Below, piece by piece: positions 40,440 to 58,366 of a stretch of 64,000 nt of DNA. Every line of letters begins with the position of its first letter. The first letter of the stretch is position 1. The translations under genes and the position numbers were made by a program. The stretch spans positions 159,774,001-159,838,000 of the forward strand of contig OZ024741.1 in NCBI GenBank assembly GCA_964016885.1, given 5' to 3'. Source of the stretch: Eledone cirrhosa (lineage: Eukaryota). Below the pieces are notes generated by a model, which saw only the letters and a list, made by a program, of their open reading frames with translations, was not told where the DNA came from and did no database searches.

Positions 40440-41160
40440 GTTAAATACAAGGAAGAACTATATTGTCCCTGATAGAATAGATTATCGCAGGGGTATATTT
40501 GAAGGAGACAGTCTCTCTGTAATGCTATTTATACTGTCAGTAAGCTCCCTATCCTGCTGAGGAAATATGAGGCCATGCGCACTAACCCATCACAGCTTCT
40601 TTCTGCACAATCTGATAGTGTATGCCAAGAAAATGAATTATATGAAAAACACCTTGACCTGTTTACCACATTCTCAAAAAATGTAGGGATAGAATTTAGT
40701 AAGGATAAATGTTCTTATGTGATTGAGGGAAAGCTACAAGCCTGGCTCGCAACATCTCTATCAATGGCCTGGCTGTGTCACTGATATCTGACAAGGAATG
40801 CTACTGAAATTTAGGGATTGATGAAAGTTTTAACAAGGAACAAGTAACCAGGGAATATAACATCTAAATAAAAAAAAATAGGGTCCACAGAACACTCTCC
40901 GTACACTAAATCAGTAGCTCACAATGTGTTTGCTGTGCCTGTTCTGACACAAATAGGCATTTATACGACTCAGCAGCACCCCAAGTGACTGAGCAGCCCT
41001 TTCCAGGGATAACACTGCACACCTATGAGCTAGTCGCTAGATGATATACGAGTCAATGATGCTGACATCCGAAAAGTAACCGGCCCCGGGATTTTCCACA
41101 TCAACAGTGATATAGTCCATCTCTACATGAAACGTAAACAGAGGAAGAGGAGGCATAATA
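40440..41160 (+). mobile_element. Decayed R4/NeSL-like LINE reverse transcriptase fragment
   Basis: GIFEGDSLSVMLF, FSKNVGIEFSKDKC, AHNVFAVPVLT, DADIRK, FHINSDIVHLYMKR. Confidence 0.78.
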
Positions 41161-41282
41161 TCACGGGAGATATTTACGATTCCGCGAATATGCGGTGGTT
41201 TCCACGAACAATTATTAGTTAGGTTCTAAGTAAAATTCCGGGAATAACCAGGACTGCAAATGCCGGGCATGAGGGTACACTG

Positions 41283-41313
<31 letters not shown>

Positions 41314-41420
41314 ATGTATGTGAATATGTGTGATGTGTGTGTAAGGGGAAAAAGGTGGAGGTGCGCGTATATACATATATGTGTGTGTATATATATATAT
41401 GTATATATATGTATATATAT

Positions 41421-41791
41421 TAGGGTGGACCTTATTTTTCAACTTTCTAAAAGTTTAGCTCCCACCCACCTATCTTGTTTCAATTAACAAAGAAACATCT
41501 ATGCAAAATTTTAGCTCAAGCAGACCTTATCGACCTTATCGATGAAACTTTGAAGTTTTCGCCCGGAAAGTCATTTTTTTTCAGATAAAATTTTTTTAAT
41601 CTCATATAATTTTCTCTTAAATTAAAAACTTGTTCAGATTTATACTTGGTATTAGAAGGATAAGTGACAATAAATGTAATAGGGAAGGCAACTTGCAAAG
41701 CTGGGGACAGGGCGCAGGTATAGGGCAAACACCTGTGGGAGCAGCAACATTTTAACTTTCGGAAAATTACCTATTGCTAAGGGCCACCCTA
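41421..41791. mobile_element. Non-autonomous hATm-like DNA transposon
   Basis: TIR TAGGGTGG(a/c)CCTTA; 8-bp near-TSD ATATATAT/ATATACAT. Confidence 0.7.
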
Positions 41792-42099
41792 ATATACATA
41801 TATCCGTATCTGGTTGACAGCTGACAGAAATGAGTACTCAGTATTGAGGAATACATACATACATATATACATATATATGATACAATACATACATACATAT
41901 ATACATATATATGATACAAATACAATGAGAAAAGGGGAGCAAGGAGAAATATGAAAGCAAGGATAGTAAGGAGAGTATATATATATATATATATACAATA
42001 TTAAATAATATTGTAAATATACTCCAAATATTTGTCGAGTGCTTTTATATCAGTTATAAATATTTACTAGTTGTAACCCAACAATTTTAAATATAACTT

Positions 42100-42204
<105 letters not shown>

Positions 42205-42334
42205 TCTCCTTACTATCCTTGCTTTCATATTTCTCCTGGCTCCCCCTTTCTCATTGTATTTGTATATAAACAGGTACATAGATACAAGGAGAAAGGGAGA
42301 GCAAGGATAAAAGGAGTGCAAGTAGAACAATTAG

Positions 42335-42555
42335 AAAAGGAGAGCAAGGAGAGCAAGCAGAAAAAGAGAGCAATGAGAGTAATGAGAAAAGGAGAGCAAG
42401 GAGAGCAATGAGAAAAGGAGAGCAAGGAGAGTAAGGAGAAAAGGAGAGTAAGGAGAGCAATGAGAAAAGGAGAGCAAGGAGAAAAGGAGAGCAAGGAGAG
42501 CAAGAAGAAAAGGAGAGCAAGGAGAGCAATGAGAAAAGGAGAGCAAGGAGAGCGA
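42335..42555. repeat. Purine-rich minisatellite (GGAGAGCAA / TGAGAAAA units)
   Basis: Seen directly. Confidence 0.85.
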
Positions 42556-42560
42556 GGAAA

Positions 42561-43608
<1,048 letters not shown>

Positions 43609-44013
43609 GAAGTTCTATTTAAATTGTTGGGATACAACAAGCAAATATATTTATAACTGATATAAAGCACTCAACAAATTATTGGATTAAAAATACGATA
43701 TATTAACAAATGGAAACTATATTTATAAAACCATATTTATTTCATTATACATATTTCAAGGACACCAAGTCAAATTATGGTGCGCTTTCATATATATATG
43801 TGTTTGTGTCTATATTGTATCTGTATTATTTTTGACCGTCGGTCAGTCAATGGCAACATTGAGGACCGAATACATTAGATTACTGATATAAAAGACACAG
43901 AAGCGAAAAGCGAAAACCAACCAAACAGTGAGTGTGTTCTGTTATTAATTCTGGCAATATTACACAAATATGACCCTCCCCAAGTATAACAATATATATA
44001 TATATATATATAT

Positions 44014-44610
44014 ATAAACGGAAAAAATGAAACGAAATTTCATTTCTCACTCTTAGTACGGCTGTTACTTAAATAATCCATACGTACATATATATATGTG
44101 TGCATATATGTATATATATATATATACATACTACTGTACGTCTGTATACATATATGTATGTACGTATACATACTTATATTTAAGTAACAGCCGTACTAAG
44201 AGTGAGAAATGAAATTTCGTTTCATTTTTTCCGTTTATCGTTTTCGGTACCCCGGCCGATTAACTCACTCGATATGCAAATTAGGCTGCTCAGCCGTTAA
44301 TATGCATAAGGAAAGTATATACTTTCAGACGTTCAATCATCTGGCAGGCAGGTATACGTTGCTGACGATAGCTAATAAGCTTGAAACTAGTACAGCGTTC
44401 CTTTGTCAGTGTTGAGCAAATGAGCAACGATGGTTGCTAGACACTGTATGGCTTAATTCGGGATGTTTGTTTACAAACACACCGAGCATTATAATAAATG
44501 TTCGGTGAATCCATACGTATATATATATATATATATATATGTGTGCATGTATGTATATATATATACATACTACTGTACGTCTGTATACATATATGTATGT
44601 AAGTATACAT
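44014..44610 (+). mobile_element. Penelope-like remnant (family D)
   Basis: Inverted arms ~44014-44075/44177-44237; hammerhead at 44356; 44405-44610 recurs inverted at 62190-62390. Confidence 0.62.
44356..44398 (+). ncRNA. Minimal type-I hammerhead ribozyme
   Basis: Stem I acgttg/cagcgt, CTGACGA, stem II agct(aata)agct, GAAAC TA GTA (palindrome ACTAGT), cleavage after 44392. Confidence 0.78.
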
Positions 44611-44611
44611 A

Positions 44612-44658
<47 letters not shown>

Positions 44659-44667
44659 TCCTGTACA

Positions 44668-44923
44668 GTTCAAAAGTGACACAGAGGAGACTGAGGTTAG
44701 CTGGACATGCTCACCGACATCCAGAGTTGACATTGCACTCAGTGGTCCTGTGGGAACCCCTACATGGACACACTGGAAGAAGGAGACCAAGGTTAACGTA
44801 TGTTGATGCCCTAAGGACAGACACTGGTCTGTTGGAACGCAGGACATGGCAGCGATAATGAGCGACAGAGACCGCTGGAGAGAACTATCCATGGATCTCG
44901 AGAATTTTACCAGCCCTAGAATA

Positions 44924-44927
<4 letters not shown>
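44668..44927 (+). mobile_element. RTE-clade LINE 3' fragment
   Basis: Same family; frameshifted; (TA)n flanks. Confidence 0.88.
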
Positions 44928-44979
<52 letters not shown>

Positions 44980-45134
44980 GAAGTATTTCCGTAGGAAAGG
45001 TAAAGAGAGTATCTGTCTTCAAGAAACCATTAGTAAATGAAATAATTATCTTATGTTGTTTATTACATAACTATATATATATATATATATTTCGTTTCTG
45101 AATTATTGGCAACATGACCCTCCCAAAGCATAAC

Positions 45135-45197
<63 letters not shown>

Positions 45198-45484
45198 ATT
45201 TTTTCTTTTTACAAATTTAAGTCATTGGCTTGCACCTATGTCGGGGAGGAGGAATGCTTTAAGGCATGCCTGGCTGATGATAGGAGGTTGTTCAAATTCC
45301 CTCACCTCTGCCACAAATACTTGACTACATGTTTCAATCGGCCTATTCATTACCACAACACGTCTATTTTAGTGTTTTCATCCGGTTCAATTTCATATGG
45401 AATCTAGCGTCCATGCGTTATTCTCTGCAATGTCTCTTCAATTCACATGTAATCATTTCCCCTGTCTTGAGTCTTTTTTTACCC

Positions 45485-45522
<38 letters not shown>

Positions 45523-45612
45523 TATATAGATTTTGAGTATACCAACACCTCAGTATGCAGGCTGGAGCACTCGAAGAAATGCGCAGGTTGGTTTGGTTAC
45601 TCCGGAGTAATG

Positions 45613-46361
<749 letters not shown>

Positions 46362-46513
46362 ACTGTCTGAGTATCTATGTGATTGTATGTGTGTGTGTGT
46401 GTGACTGTCTGGCTATCTATATGACTGTGTGTGTGTGTGTATGTTTGTGACTGTCTGGGTATCTATGTGATTGTGTGTGTGTGTGTATGTGTTTGTGACT
46501 GTCTGGGTATATA

Positions 46514-46547
<34 letters not shown>

Positions 46548-46838
46548 ACTGTCTGCATATCTGTGTGAGTGTGTGTGTGTGTGCGTGTGTGTGTCTGTGA
46601 CTGTCTGGGTATCTATGTGTGTGTTGTGTGTGTATGTGTTTGTGACTGTGGGTATCTATGTGATTGTGAGTGTGTGTGTGTGTGAGTGTACCTGTGACTA
46701 GAGGTGTCTGTGTGTGCATATGCATGTAGCTGTCTGTGTATCTTCGTAACTGTCAGTGTTTCTCTGCGTGTGTGTGTGTGTGTGTGTGTGAAAGAGAGTA
46801 GACGGAAGAGTCGATGTGAGAGAGAGAGAGAGAGAGAA

Positions 46839-46910
<72 letters not shown>

Positions 46911-48314
46911 AGGGAGTGAGGGAGGCAGTGAAAAAGAAAGTACAAGGAAGAGGTGATGTATGGGAGGGGGGTTGTGAACACGATACCAGATGCCGTTAGG
47001 GAAACATTTTTTTTTTTTATCAAACTTTAACATCTACTGAACATTTAGTTCTCTCTTTTGTTTTCCTTGCTTATTAAATATACATTGATATTAATTTGCT
47101 GTTTGAGTGAATGAACGTCTGTGTCAGCCCTATCTATCTATACACACAAAAAGCAATTTCAAACAGGATTATTTTTATGGAGAAAAATGGTTTTCTTTTC
47201 TTTTCTATTTTTTTGTTTTTTGTTTTGAGAAGGCTTTCGGGTTGTTTGAGAGTCTACCTTGTTATCTGAGGTAGAAAATAGGTTTGTCTTTATACATTTT
47301 TGAATGTATATATATATCTAAAGCATTTCTATTGTCATTCGAGATTTAAAAATGGTATCAACGACACCAGGAAGAGTTGGTGACCACAGTTATGGCAGCA
47401 GAAGTTTTATTGACGTAAATAAACACGCCTCCAAAAATATCGCCAAACGAAAACAAAATTTTAAAAAAGAAAAAAAGATAGAAAATACTAAAAAAATCAA
47501 AAAAAATCTAATAGACGGGGTTTGAAATTTACACTTGCATAACGAAAGACCCCAAAAGCAACAGTATTGAATACATTAATTTGAAAAGGAGAGGAGCCGA
47601 TCTGTCAAAGGAAACTGTTTCCATTGGTCTTTACATTTCCATTGCAGACACTTTCTGCCAGTTATAACTCCTGGCAGAAGCGTCATCGCTTTCTCGGTGA
47701 CAGGGGGTAGGATTTGAACCAAGAACGCACAGAGCCGGTACAGATACTGTAAAGGATCTTGACTAACTCTTTAATAATTCCACCAAACAATTTAACCAAT
47801 TGACTGTCTCTTTATAAATTGATTCCGAAAAAAATGAAAGTTTACCTTCGTCGTATTTGAACTCAGAGCACAGAAAGCCGGAAAAACATTACCAAGTATT
47901 TAATCTGATGCTCTAATGATTTTGCCAAATTCAGCATCTAATTTGAATAGGAGAAAAAAAACTGTATGAATAACAACAAAAAAGTATCTTTACAAGGTTT
48001 TAGTAGACTTGAAATTATGACACAAAGTGCCGCGCAGCGAGATCAAACTATAGACCATCATGCGGTTGCGAAGGAGTCGTCACAACCATTACAGTCTAGC
48101 ATACGCTCGTAGAGGCTAATGTTGTTGGCTTGACATATATCTTCCATATTTAATTATGGGAAAGGACGAACTAGTCGATCATTTATACCACACTTTCCGA
48201 CTCTTTACGCCTTTAAGTTTCTAACTGAGTACATTCCAGAGAAGTCACCAGGGAAAATCCCTGCCAAATTATCACACTTCTATTTTTCCTTCTGGGTCAG
48301 TTTGCCTAATTTAC

Positions 48315-48412
48315 TTTATCAGATGAGGCCACACGTCCTTGCTTATTCTCCGACAACTTTTCTACAGTGCTTTCTTCCATTGTTGCTGCTGCTGCTGCGG
48401 TGGTGGTCTTAT
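48315..48412 (-). CDS. Candidate exon (DKTTTAAAAATMEESTVEKLSENKQGRVASSDK)
   Basis: Strong acceptor tttctcctttcag, GTAAAT donor, open frame. Confidence 0.33.
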
Positions 48413-48739
48413 CTGAAAGGAGAAATTGCTTTTCTTCTCTCTTCTGAGCTTCTAGTTGTACCGAAAACGATCAATTGTTTAGAGGGAGGAGAAGGAAGCT
48501 TTAAACCTGATTTTACTTACATCAGTCCATGATTTCTCTATAGCCACACTTTCACCCGCCACCGCCGTTGCTGATAGACTGGACTGACCAAATATTTTCT
48601 TTTGTTTGCAACTTCCTCACTCAATATTTTCAATTTGTCTCATCAACAATCCGACACCCTCGTCCCCTTCCAGGCACCGCATATTCCATCATATCCTTAC
48701 AATCTTCACTATAGGTTTCCATACAATTCCTCACATACC

Positions 48740-51700
48740 ACATTGCACCACGCCACACATGCCACACCACACTACACCACACCAAACTGCACCACACTAC
48801 ATTACGTTACATTACACCACATACGCCACACCACACTACACCACACTACACCACACCACATACACGACACCACACTACACCACATACACCACACCACACC
48901 ACACTACACCACACTACACCACACCGCATACACCACACTACACCACATAACACCACACCAAACTGCACCACACTACATTACGTTACATTACACCACGCCA
49001 CATACGTCCCACCACACTTCACCACACTCCATTACGTTAATTACACCACGCCACATACGCCACACCACACTACACTATACCACACTACATCACACCACAC
49101 TCCATTACGTTACATTACACCACACCACCTACGCCACACCACACTACACTACACCACACTACACCACACTACATTACGTTACATTACACCACGCCACATA
49201 CGTCCCACCACACTTCACCACACTCCATTACGTTAATTACACCACGCCACATACGCCACACCACACTACACTATACCACACTACATCACACCACACTCCA
49301 TTACGTTACATTACACCACACCACCTACGCCACACCACACTACACTACACCACACTACATTACGTTACATTACACCACGCCACATACGCCACACCACACT
49401 ACATTACGTTACAATACACCACGCCACATACGCCACACCACACTACATTACGTTACATTACACCACATACGCCACACCACACCACACTACATTACGTTAC
49501 ATTACACGACGCCACATACGCCACACCACACTACACTACACCACACCACACCACACTACATTACGTTACATTACACGACGCCACATACGCCACACCACAC
49601 TACACTAGACCACACCACACTACATTACGTTACATTACACCACGCCACATACGCTACACCACACTACACCACACCATACTACACCTCACCACACTCCATT
49701 ACGTTACATTACACCACGCCACACCACACTACACCACACTACATTACGTTACATTACACCACATACGCCACACCACACTACACCACACTACACCACACTA
49801 CACCACACTACATTACGTTACATTACACCACGCCACATAGGCCACACCACACCACACCACACTACATTCCGTTATATTACACCACGCCACATACGCCACA
49901 CCACACTACACCACACCACATACGCCACACCACACTACTCCACACCACACTACATTACGTTACATTACACCACGCCACATACGCCACACCACACTACATT
50001 ACGTTACAATACACCACGCCACATACGCCACACCACACTACATTACGTTACAATACACCACGCCACATACGCCACACCACACTACACCACACCACATACG
50101 CCACACCACACTACACCACACCACACTACATTACGTTACATTACACCACACCACATACGCCACACCACACTACACTACATTACGTTATATTACACGACGC
50201 CACATACGTCACACCACACTACACTACACCACACCACACCACACCACACTACATTACGTTACATTACACGACGCCACATACGCCACACCACACTACACTA
50301 CACCACACCACACCACACCACACTACATTACGTTACATTACACCACGCCACATACGCTACACCACACTACACTACACCACACCATACTACACCACACCAC
50401 ACTCCATTACGTTACATTACATCACGCCACATACACCATACCACACCACACCATACTACGTTACGTTACATTACACCACGCCACATACGCTACACCACAC
50501 TACACTACACCACACCATACTACACCACACCACACTCCATTACGTTACATTACACCACGCCACATACGCAACACCACACTACACCACACTACATTACGTT
50601 ACATTACACCACACCACATACGCCACACCACACTACACCACACTACACCACACTACATTACGTTACATTACACCACGCCACATACGCCACACCACACCAC
50701 ACCACACTACATTCCGTTATATTACACCACGCCACATACGCCACACCACACTACACTACACCACATACGCCACACCACACTACACCACACTACACCACAC
50801 CACACTACATTACATTACATTACACCACGCCACATACGCCACACCACACCACACCACACTACATTCCGTTACATTACACCACGCCACATACGCCACACCA
50901 CACTACACCACACCACACTACATTACGTTACATTACACCACGCCACGTACGCTACACCACACTACACTACACCACACCATACTACACCACACCACACTCC
51001 ATTACGTTACATTACGCCACGCCACATACGCCACACCACACTACACCACACTATATTACGTTACATTACACCACACCACATACGCCACACCACACTACAC
51101 CACACTACACCACATTACGTTACATTACACCACGCCACATACGCCACACCACTCCACACCACACTACATTCCGTTACATTACACCACGCCACATACGCCA
51201 CACCACACTACACCACACCACACTACATTCCGTTACATTACACCACATACGCCACACCACACTACACTACATTACGTTATATTACACGACGCCACATACG
51301 TCACACCACACTACACTACACCACACCACACCACACCACACTACATTACGTTACATTACACGACGCCACATACGCCACACCACACTACACTACACCACAC
51401 CACACCACACCACACTACATTACGTTACATTACACCACGCCACATACGCTACACCACACTACACTACACCACACCATACTACACCACACCACACTCCATT
51501 ACGTTACATTACATCACGCCACATACACCATACCACACCACACCATACTACGTTACGTTACATTACACCACGCCACATACGCTACACCACACTACACTAC
51601 ACCACACCATACTACACCACACCACACTCCATTACGTTACATTACACCACGCCACATACGCAACACCACACTACACCACACTACATTACGTTACATTACA

Positions 51701-54700
51701 CCACACCACATACGCCACACCACACTACACCACACTACACCACACTACATTACGTTACATTACACCACGCCACATACGCCACACCACACCACACCACACT
51801 ACATTCCGTTATATTACACCACGCCACATACGCCACACCACACAACACTACACCACATACGCCACACCACACTACACCACACTACACCACACCACACTAC
51901 ATTACATTACATTACACCACGCCACATACGCCACACCACACCACACCACACTACATTCCGTTACATTACACCACGCCACATACGCCACACCACACTACAC
52001 CACACCACACTACATTACGTTACATTACACCACGCCACGTACGCTACACCACACTACACTACACCACACCATACTACACCACACCACACTCCATTACGTT
52101 ACATTACGCCACGCCACATACGCCACACCACACTACACCACACTATATTACGTTACATTACACCACACCACATACGCCACACCACACTACACCACACTAC
52201 ACCACATTACGTTACATTACACCACGCCACATACGCCACACCACTCCACACCACACTACATTCCGTTACATTACACCACGCCACATACGCCACACCACAC
52301 TACACCACACCACACTACATTCCGTTACATTACACCACATACGCCACACCACACTATACCACACTACACCACACCACACTACATTACGTTACATTACACC
52401 ACGCCACATACGCCACACCACACTACACCACACCACACTACATTACGTTACATTACACCACACCACATACGCCAAGCCACACAACACCACACTACACTAC
52501 ATCACACTACATTACGTTACATTACACCACGCTACATATGCCACACCACACCACACTACATTCCGTTACATTACACCACGCCACATACGCCACACCACAC
52601 TACACCACACCACACTACATTACGTTACATTACACCACATACGCCACACCACACTACACCACACCACACTACATTACGTTACATTACACCACACCACATA
52701 CGCCACACCACACTACACCACACCACATACGCCACACCACACTACACCACACAACACCACACCTCGTTACATTACACCACACTAAATTACGTTACATTAC
52801 ACCACAATACACCACACTACACCACACCACATACACCACACCACACCGCACTACACCACACCACACTGCACCACACTACATTACGTTACATTACACCACA
52901 CCGCAAACACCACACTACACCACACCACACTACATTACATTACATTACACCACGCCACATACGCCACACCACACCACACCACACCACACTACATTCCGTT
53001 ACATTACACCACGCCACATACGCCACACCACACTACACCACACCACACTACATTACGTTACATTACACCACGCCACATACGCTACACCACACTACACTAC
53101 ACCACACCATACTACACCACACCACACTCCATTACGTTACATTACACCACGCCACATACGCCACACCACACTACACCACACTATATTACGTTACATTACA
53201 CCACACCACATACGCCACACCACACTACACCACACTACACCACATTACGTTACATTACACCACGCCACATACGCCACACCACACTATATTACGTTACATT
53301 ACACCACACCACATACGCCACACCACACCACACCACACCACACTACATTCCGTTACATTACACCACGCCACATACGCCACACCACACTACACCACACCAC
53401 ACTACATTCCGTTACATTACACCACATACGCCACACCACACTATACCACACCACACTACATTACGTTACATTACACCACGCCACATACGCCACACCACAC
53501 TACACCACACCACACTACATTACGTTACATTACACCACACCACATACGCCACGCCACACAACACCACACTACACTACACCACACTACATTACGTTACATT
53601 ACCCCACGCTACATATGCCACACCACACCACACTACATTCCGTTACATTACACCACGCCACATACGCCACACCACACTACACCACACCACACTACATTAC
53701 GTTACATTACACCACGCCACATACGCCACACCACACTACACCACACCACATACGCCACACTACACTACACCACACTACACCACACCACGTTACATTACAC
53801 CACACTAAATTACGTTACATTACACCACAATACACCACACTACACCACACCACATACACCACACCACACCGCACTACACCACACCACACTGCACCACACT
53901 ACATTACGTTACATTACACCACACCGCAAACACCACACTACACCACACCACACTACATTACATTACATTACACCACGCCACATACGCCACACCACACCAG
54001 ACCACACTACATTCCGTTACATTACACCACGCCACATACGCCACACCACACTACACCACACCACACTACATTACGTTACATTACACCACGCCACATACGC
54101 TACACCACACTACACTACACCACACCATACTACACCACACCACACTCCATTACGTTACATTACACCAAGCCACATACGCCACACCACACCACACCACACT
54201 ACATTCCGTTACATTACACCACGCCACATACGCCACACCACACTACACCACACCACACTACATTCCGTTACATTACACCACATACGCCACACCACACTAT
54301 ACCACACTACACCACACCACACTACATTCCGTTACATTACACCACGCCACATACGCCACACCACACTACACCACACCACACTACATTCCGTTACATTACA
54401 CCACATACGCCACACCACACTATACCACACCACACTACACCACACTCCATTACGTTACATTACACCACGCCACATACGCCACACCACACTACACCACACC
54501 ACACTACATTACGTTACATTACACCACACCACATACGCCACACCACACTACACCACACTACACTACACCACACTACATTACGTTACATTACACCACGCCA
54601 CATACGCCACACTACACTACACCACACTACATTACGTTACATTACACCACGCTACATATGCCACACCACACCACACTACATTCCGTTACATTACACCACG

Positions 54701-56160
54701 CCACATACGCCACACCACACTACACCACACCACACTACATTACGTTACATTACACCACGCCACATACGCCACACTACACTACACCACACCACATACGCCA
54801 CACCACACTACACCACACTACACCACACCACACTCCATTACGTTACATTACACCACACCACATACCCCACACCACATACGCCACACCACACTACACCACA
54901 CCACATACGCCACACCACACTATACCACACCACACTACACCACACTCCATTACGTTACATTACACCACGCCACATACGCCACACCACACTACACCACACC
55001 ACACTCCATTACGTAACATTACACCACGCCACATACGCCACACCACACTACACCACACCACACTACACCACACCACACTACACCACGTTACATTACACCA
55101 CACTAAATTACGTTACATTACACCACAATACACCACACTACACCACACCACATACACCACACCACACCGCACTACACCACACCACACTGCACCACACTAC
55201 ATTACGTTACATTACACCACACCGCAGACACCACACTACACCACACCACACACACCACACCACACTAAACCACACTACACCACACTTACCCACACCACAC
55301 ACACCACACCACACAAAACCACACTACACCACACCACACAACGTTACACAGCCCTACACTACACCACACACCACAACACCACACTACACCACACTACACC
55401 ACACTACACAACACTACACCACACCAAATACAACATACCACCACACTTCACCACGCTACACCACACCACACAGCATTATACCACCCTATACTACACCACA
55501 CACCACAACACCACACTACACAACACTACATTACACCAAATACAACATACCACCACACTTCACCACACTACCACACTACGCCACACCACACAACATTATA
55601 CCACCCTACACCACACCACACACCACAACACCACAACACCACACTACATCACTCCAAATACAACATACCACCACACTTCACCACACTACCACACTACACC
55701 ACTCCACACAACATTATACCACCCTACACCACACCACACACCACAACACCACAACACCACACTACATCACTCCAAATACAACATACCACCACACTTCACC
55801 ACACTACCACACTACGCCACACCACACAACATTATACCACCCTACACTACACCACACCACACACCACAACACCACACTACACCACACTACATCACACCAA
55901 ATACAACATACCACCACACTTCACCACACTACCACACTACACCACACCACACAACATTATACCACCCTACACTACACCACACACCACAACACCACAGTAC
56001 ACCACACTACATCACTCCAAATACAACATACCACCACACTTCACCACACTACCACACTACACCACTCCACACAACGTTACACCGCCCTACATTACACCAC
56101 ACATCACAACACCGCATCACACCATACCACAAAACACTATATTACACCCCACCACACCAC
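48740..56160. repeat. 7.4-kb CACAC/CACTA-based satellite with higher-order repeats
   Basis: 5-mer scaffold with recurring CATTACGTTACATTA and CGCCACATACGC motifs; 1092-bp internal duplication. Confidence 0.95.
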
Positions 56161-56384
56161 ATTACTATTGTTGCATTCCACCTAAAGGGCTTCCGCGCAG
56201 TTTTCTTCTACTATCTTTCACTCTTAAGGGTCCGGTCGGCAAATGACACTTGTTCTCGGTGGAATTTGAATTCAGAGCCATTTAATTCAGCGCTTTAATG
56301 GCTCTGCCAATTCACCGCCGCTCAGTAGAATCGACTGAGAAATCATGAGATCACGAAGTGAAATTCTTAACCACATTACCGTAC

Positions 56385-56481
56385 CTATGCTTGTTTCACT
56401 CCACTTTGTCAATGTTTTCTGGTGCCCCACCAACAATACCAACCCAATTATTGCAGTCCCATAAAAACCTACCAGATTCAT
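56385..56481 (-). CDS. Candidate signal-peptide exon (MNLVGFYGTAIIGLVLLVGHQKTLTKWSETSI)
   Basis: ATG, hydrophobic core, phase-1 AG/GTACGG donor, upstream acceptor tttgatttaatag. Confidence 0.33.
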
Positions 56482-56674
56482 GCTTATACGCAGAAGGCAG
56501 CAGGAAACTATTAAATCAAACCAGTTGAATCTCTTATGGAATAAATTGATTATATATCTCATAATTATCCAAGGCTGGATCAAGCATTAAGTAAAATAAA
56601 CACACGTTTAAGTCAACAAAGGAAGAGAGATACTACGGATACTTTCCATTGTTGGATTTATCATGCAGTATATA

Positions 56675-56860
56675 ACTGTTTCTACTTTTGGCACAAGGCC
56701 AGCAATTACCCAGTGCATTACTGGTGCTTTATTTTATCGACTCCGTAAGGACGAAAGGCAAAGTTAACCTCGGCCGGATTTGAACTCAGAACGTAAAGGG
56801 CCATAACTCTATGCTGCAAAGCATAGTGTCTAACGCTCTACCAATACTGCCAACCCACCG
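56675..56860 (-). mobile_element. Octopus-type tRNA SINE
   Basis: Shared body and A/B boxes. Confidence 0.87.
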
Positions 56861-57018
56861 CAGTATATAATGCAGTTAAACCAAGGTCCACAAAACAGGA
56901 GCCGACAACAAATTACAAAGAGAATACCTAATATTGTAACCAATAACCACTAAAGGAACTGCAGAAACCAGCACATACAAATTTACTCATATCGCAAATC
57001 TCTCAGGATGCTCTAACA

Positions 57019-57690
57019 CACAGGTTCTCAACCCATTTAGGCCAAACACCCCCTTTTGTCCCTCGAAATCATGAAACGCCCCACCCCCCGCCCCGCCACC
57101 CTATTTTTTCACTTTTTCAATATACTACTGATTTTTATATCAGTAGATTACTAAAAAATTGATTAACAATATTCCAAACATGTGTGTATTATCTGATTAT
57201 GTGTTGTATGTGGTCCTAGATGTGTGTTCTACTCGCTTCTGTTTTTTTCTTTTCTTTTTTTTTATTTGTAATATTATTTATACAATAGGGAATAAAATAG
57301 ATCTACATAGTGTTAACTCGTTACGGTTGAGTCAATAATTTCAGACAAGATTCTAACTGGCTGCGCCCAAAGTGTCTTAGACCCAGTTGACTGTGGGTTT
57401 TTCCATTTTTAGGATCTCAATTACCGGTTAACGTCTCAATTACCGGACATGCCTGCACACCTGCTCACAGCTGCAGACAGCATAACTATAGTCTGACCGC
57501 AGCTGTGAGCAGGTGTGCAGGCATGTCCGGTAATTGAGATCCTAAAAAATGGAAAAACCCAGCGCCCCTAACCCCCTCCCCCAGCTCCAAACGCCCCCTA
57601 ACCCCCTCCCCCAGCTCAAAACGCCCCCCTAACGCGACCTTGCTCCCAAACGACCCCGGGGGTACATATGCCCTCCGTTGAGAACCTTTG
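57019..57690. mobile_element. Non-autonomous hAT (Charlie-like) element
   Basis: TIR CA(c/a)AGGTTCTCAAC; perfect 8-bp TSD CTCTAACA at 57011-57018 and 57691-57698. Confidence 0.88.
57394..57561. mobile_element. Fold-back MITE-like hairpin nested in the hAT element
   Basis: tgggtttttccattttt.aggatctcaattaccgg..cagctgc inverted arms. Confidence 0.6.
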
Positions 57691-58366
57691 CTCTAACAGT
57701 AGAAATTTGGGTAGTCCTTATAATCCGCAATTATTTACTTCTAGTAATAATATCTTATCTGTCGAAGATTCAAGTAATCAACTTTTTCACAAAAGTAGAA
57801 AAACAAGCGAAAAAAATGATGGTTCAATCTTTCTCAATGTGTACAAATAACACTTAGCTGATATTTTGTTATTCTATAACTATAAGAAAATTTAAACCCT
57901 CCTATAGTTTTAAATAATGAATATAATAGTAATACTATTAGCAATAATGATCATATTTGGGAAAACTTCGGTTGTCCAGTATAGATAATACTATATCTAA
58001 CTACGTAGAATAATGAGTTGAACAGACCTCTGAATACTAACACTGTTATATCTAATTATTACATAGGAGCAATTATAAACAACTTCAAGAGACCGTTTTT
58101 TTCGCAATTACATTGTTTTAAGAATGAAAAATTACTTCCTTAGCTGGCATTTAAAAAGTGATAACTTTGGATACTCTCTACAAGATGGACGGTTTGTGTT
58201 TCTGCATAACAGAAGCACATACCCTCTATCTCAATTTTACTTTTGAAAAGCATAAGAACTGTGAAACCGGTAAAGTAAATAAATAAATATTCTCAAAAGA
58301 CTCCAGTTACATTTTCAATTTCTTTTCCTTACACACACACACAGACACACACATATACACACATAT

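Noticed and set aside
52538-56298. 1215-aa and 546-aa His/Thr/Pro-rich ORFs (also 48602-49840)
   Set aside because: The satellite strand is nearly devoid of stop codons and several frames are open at once; 5-bp periodicity is not codon-like
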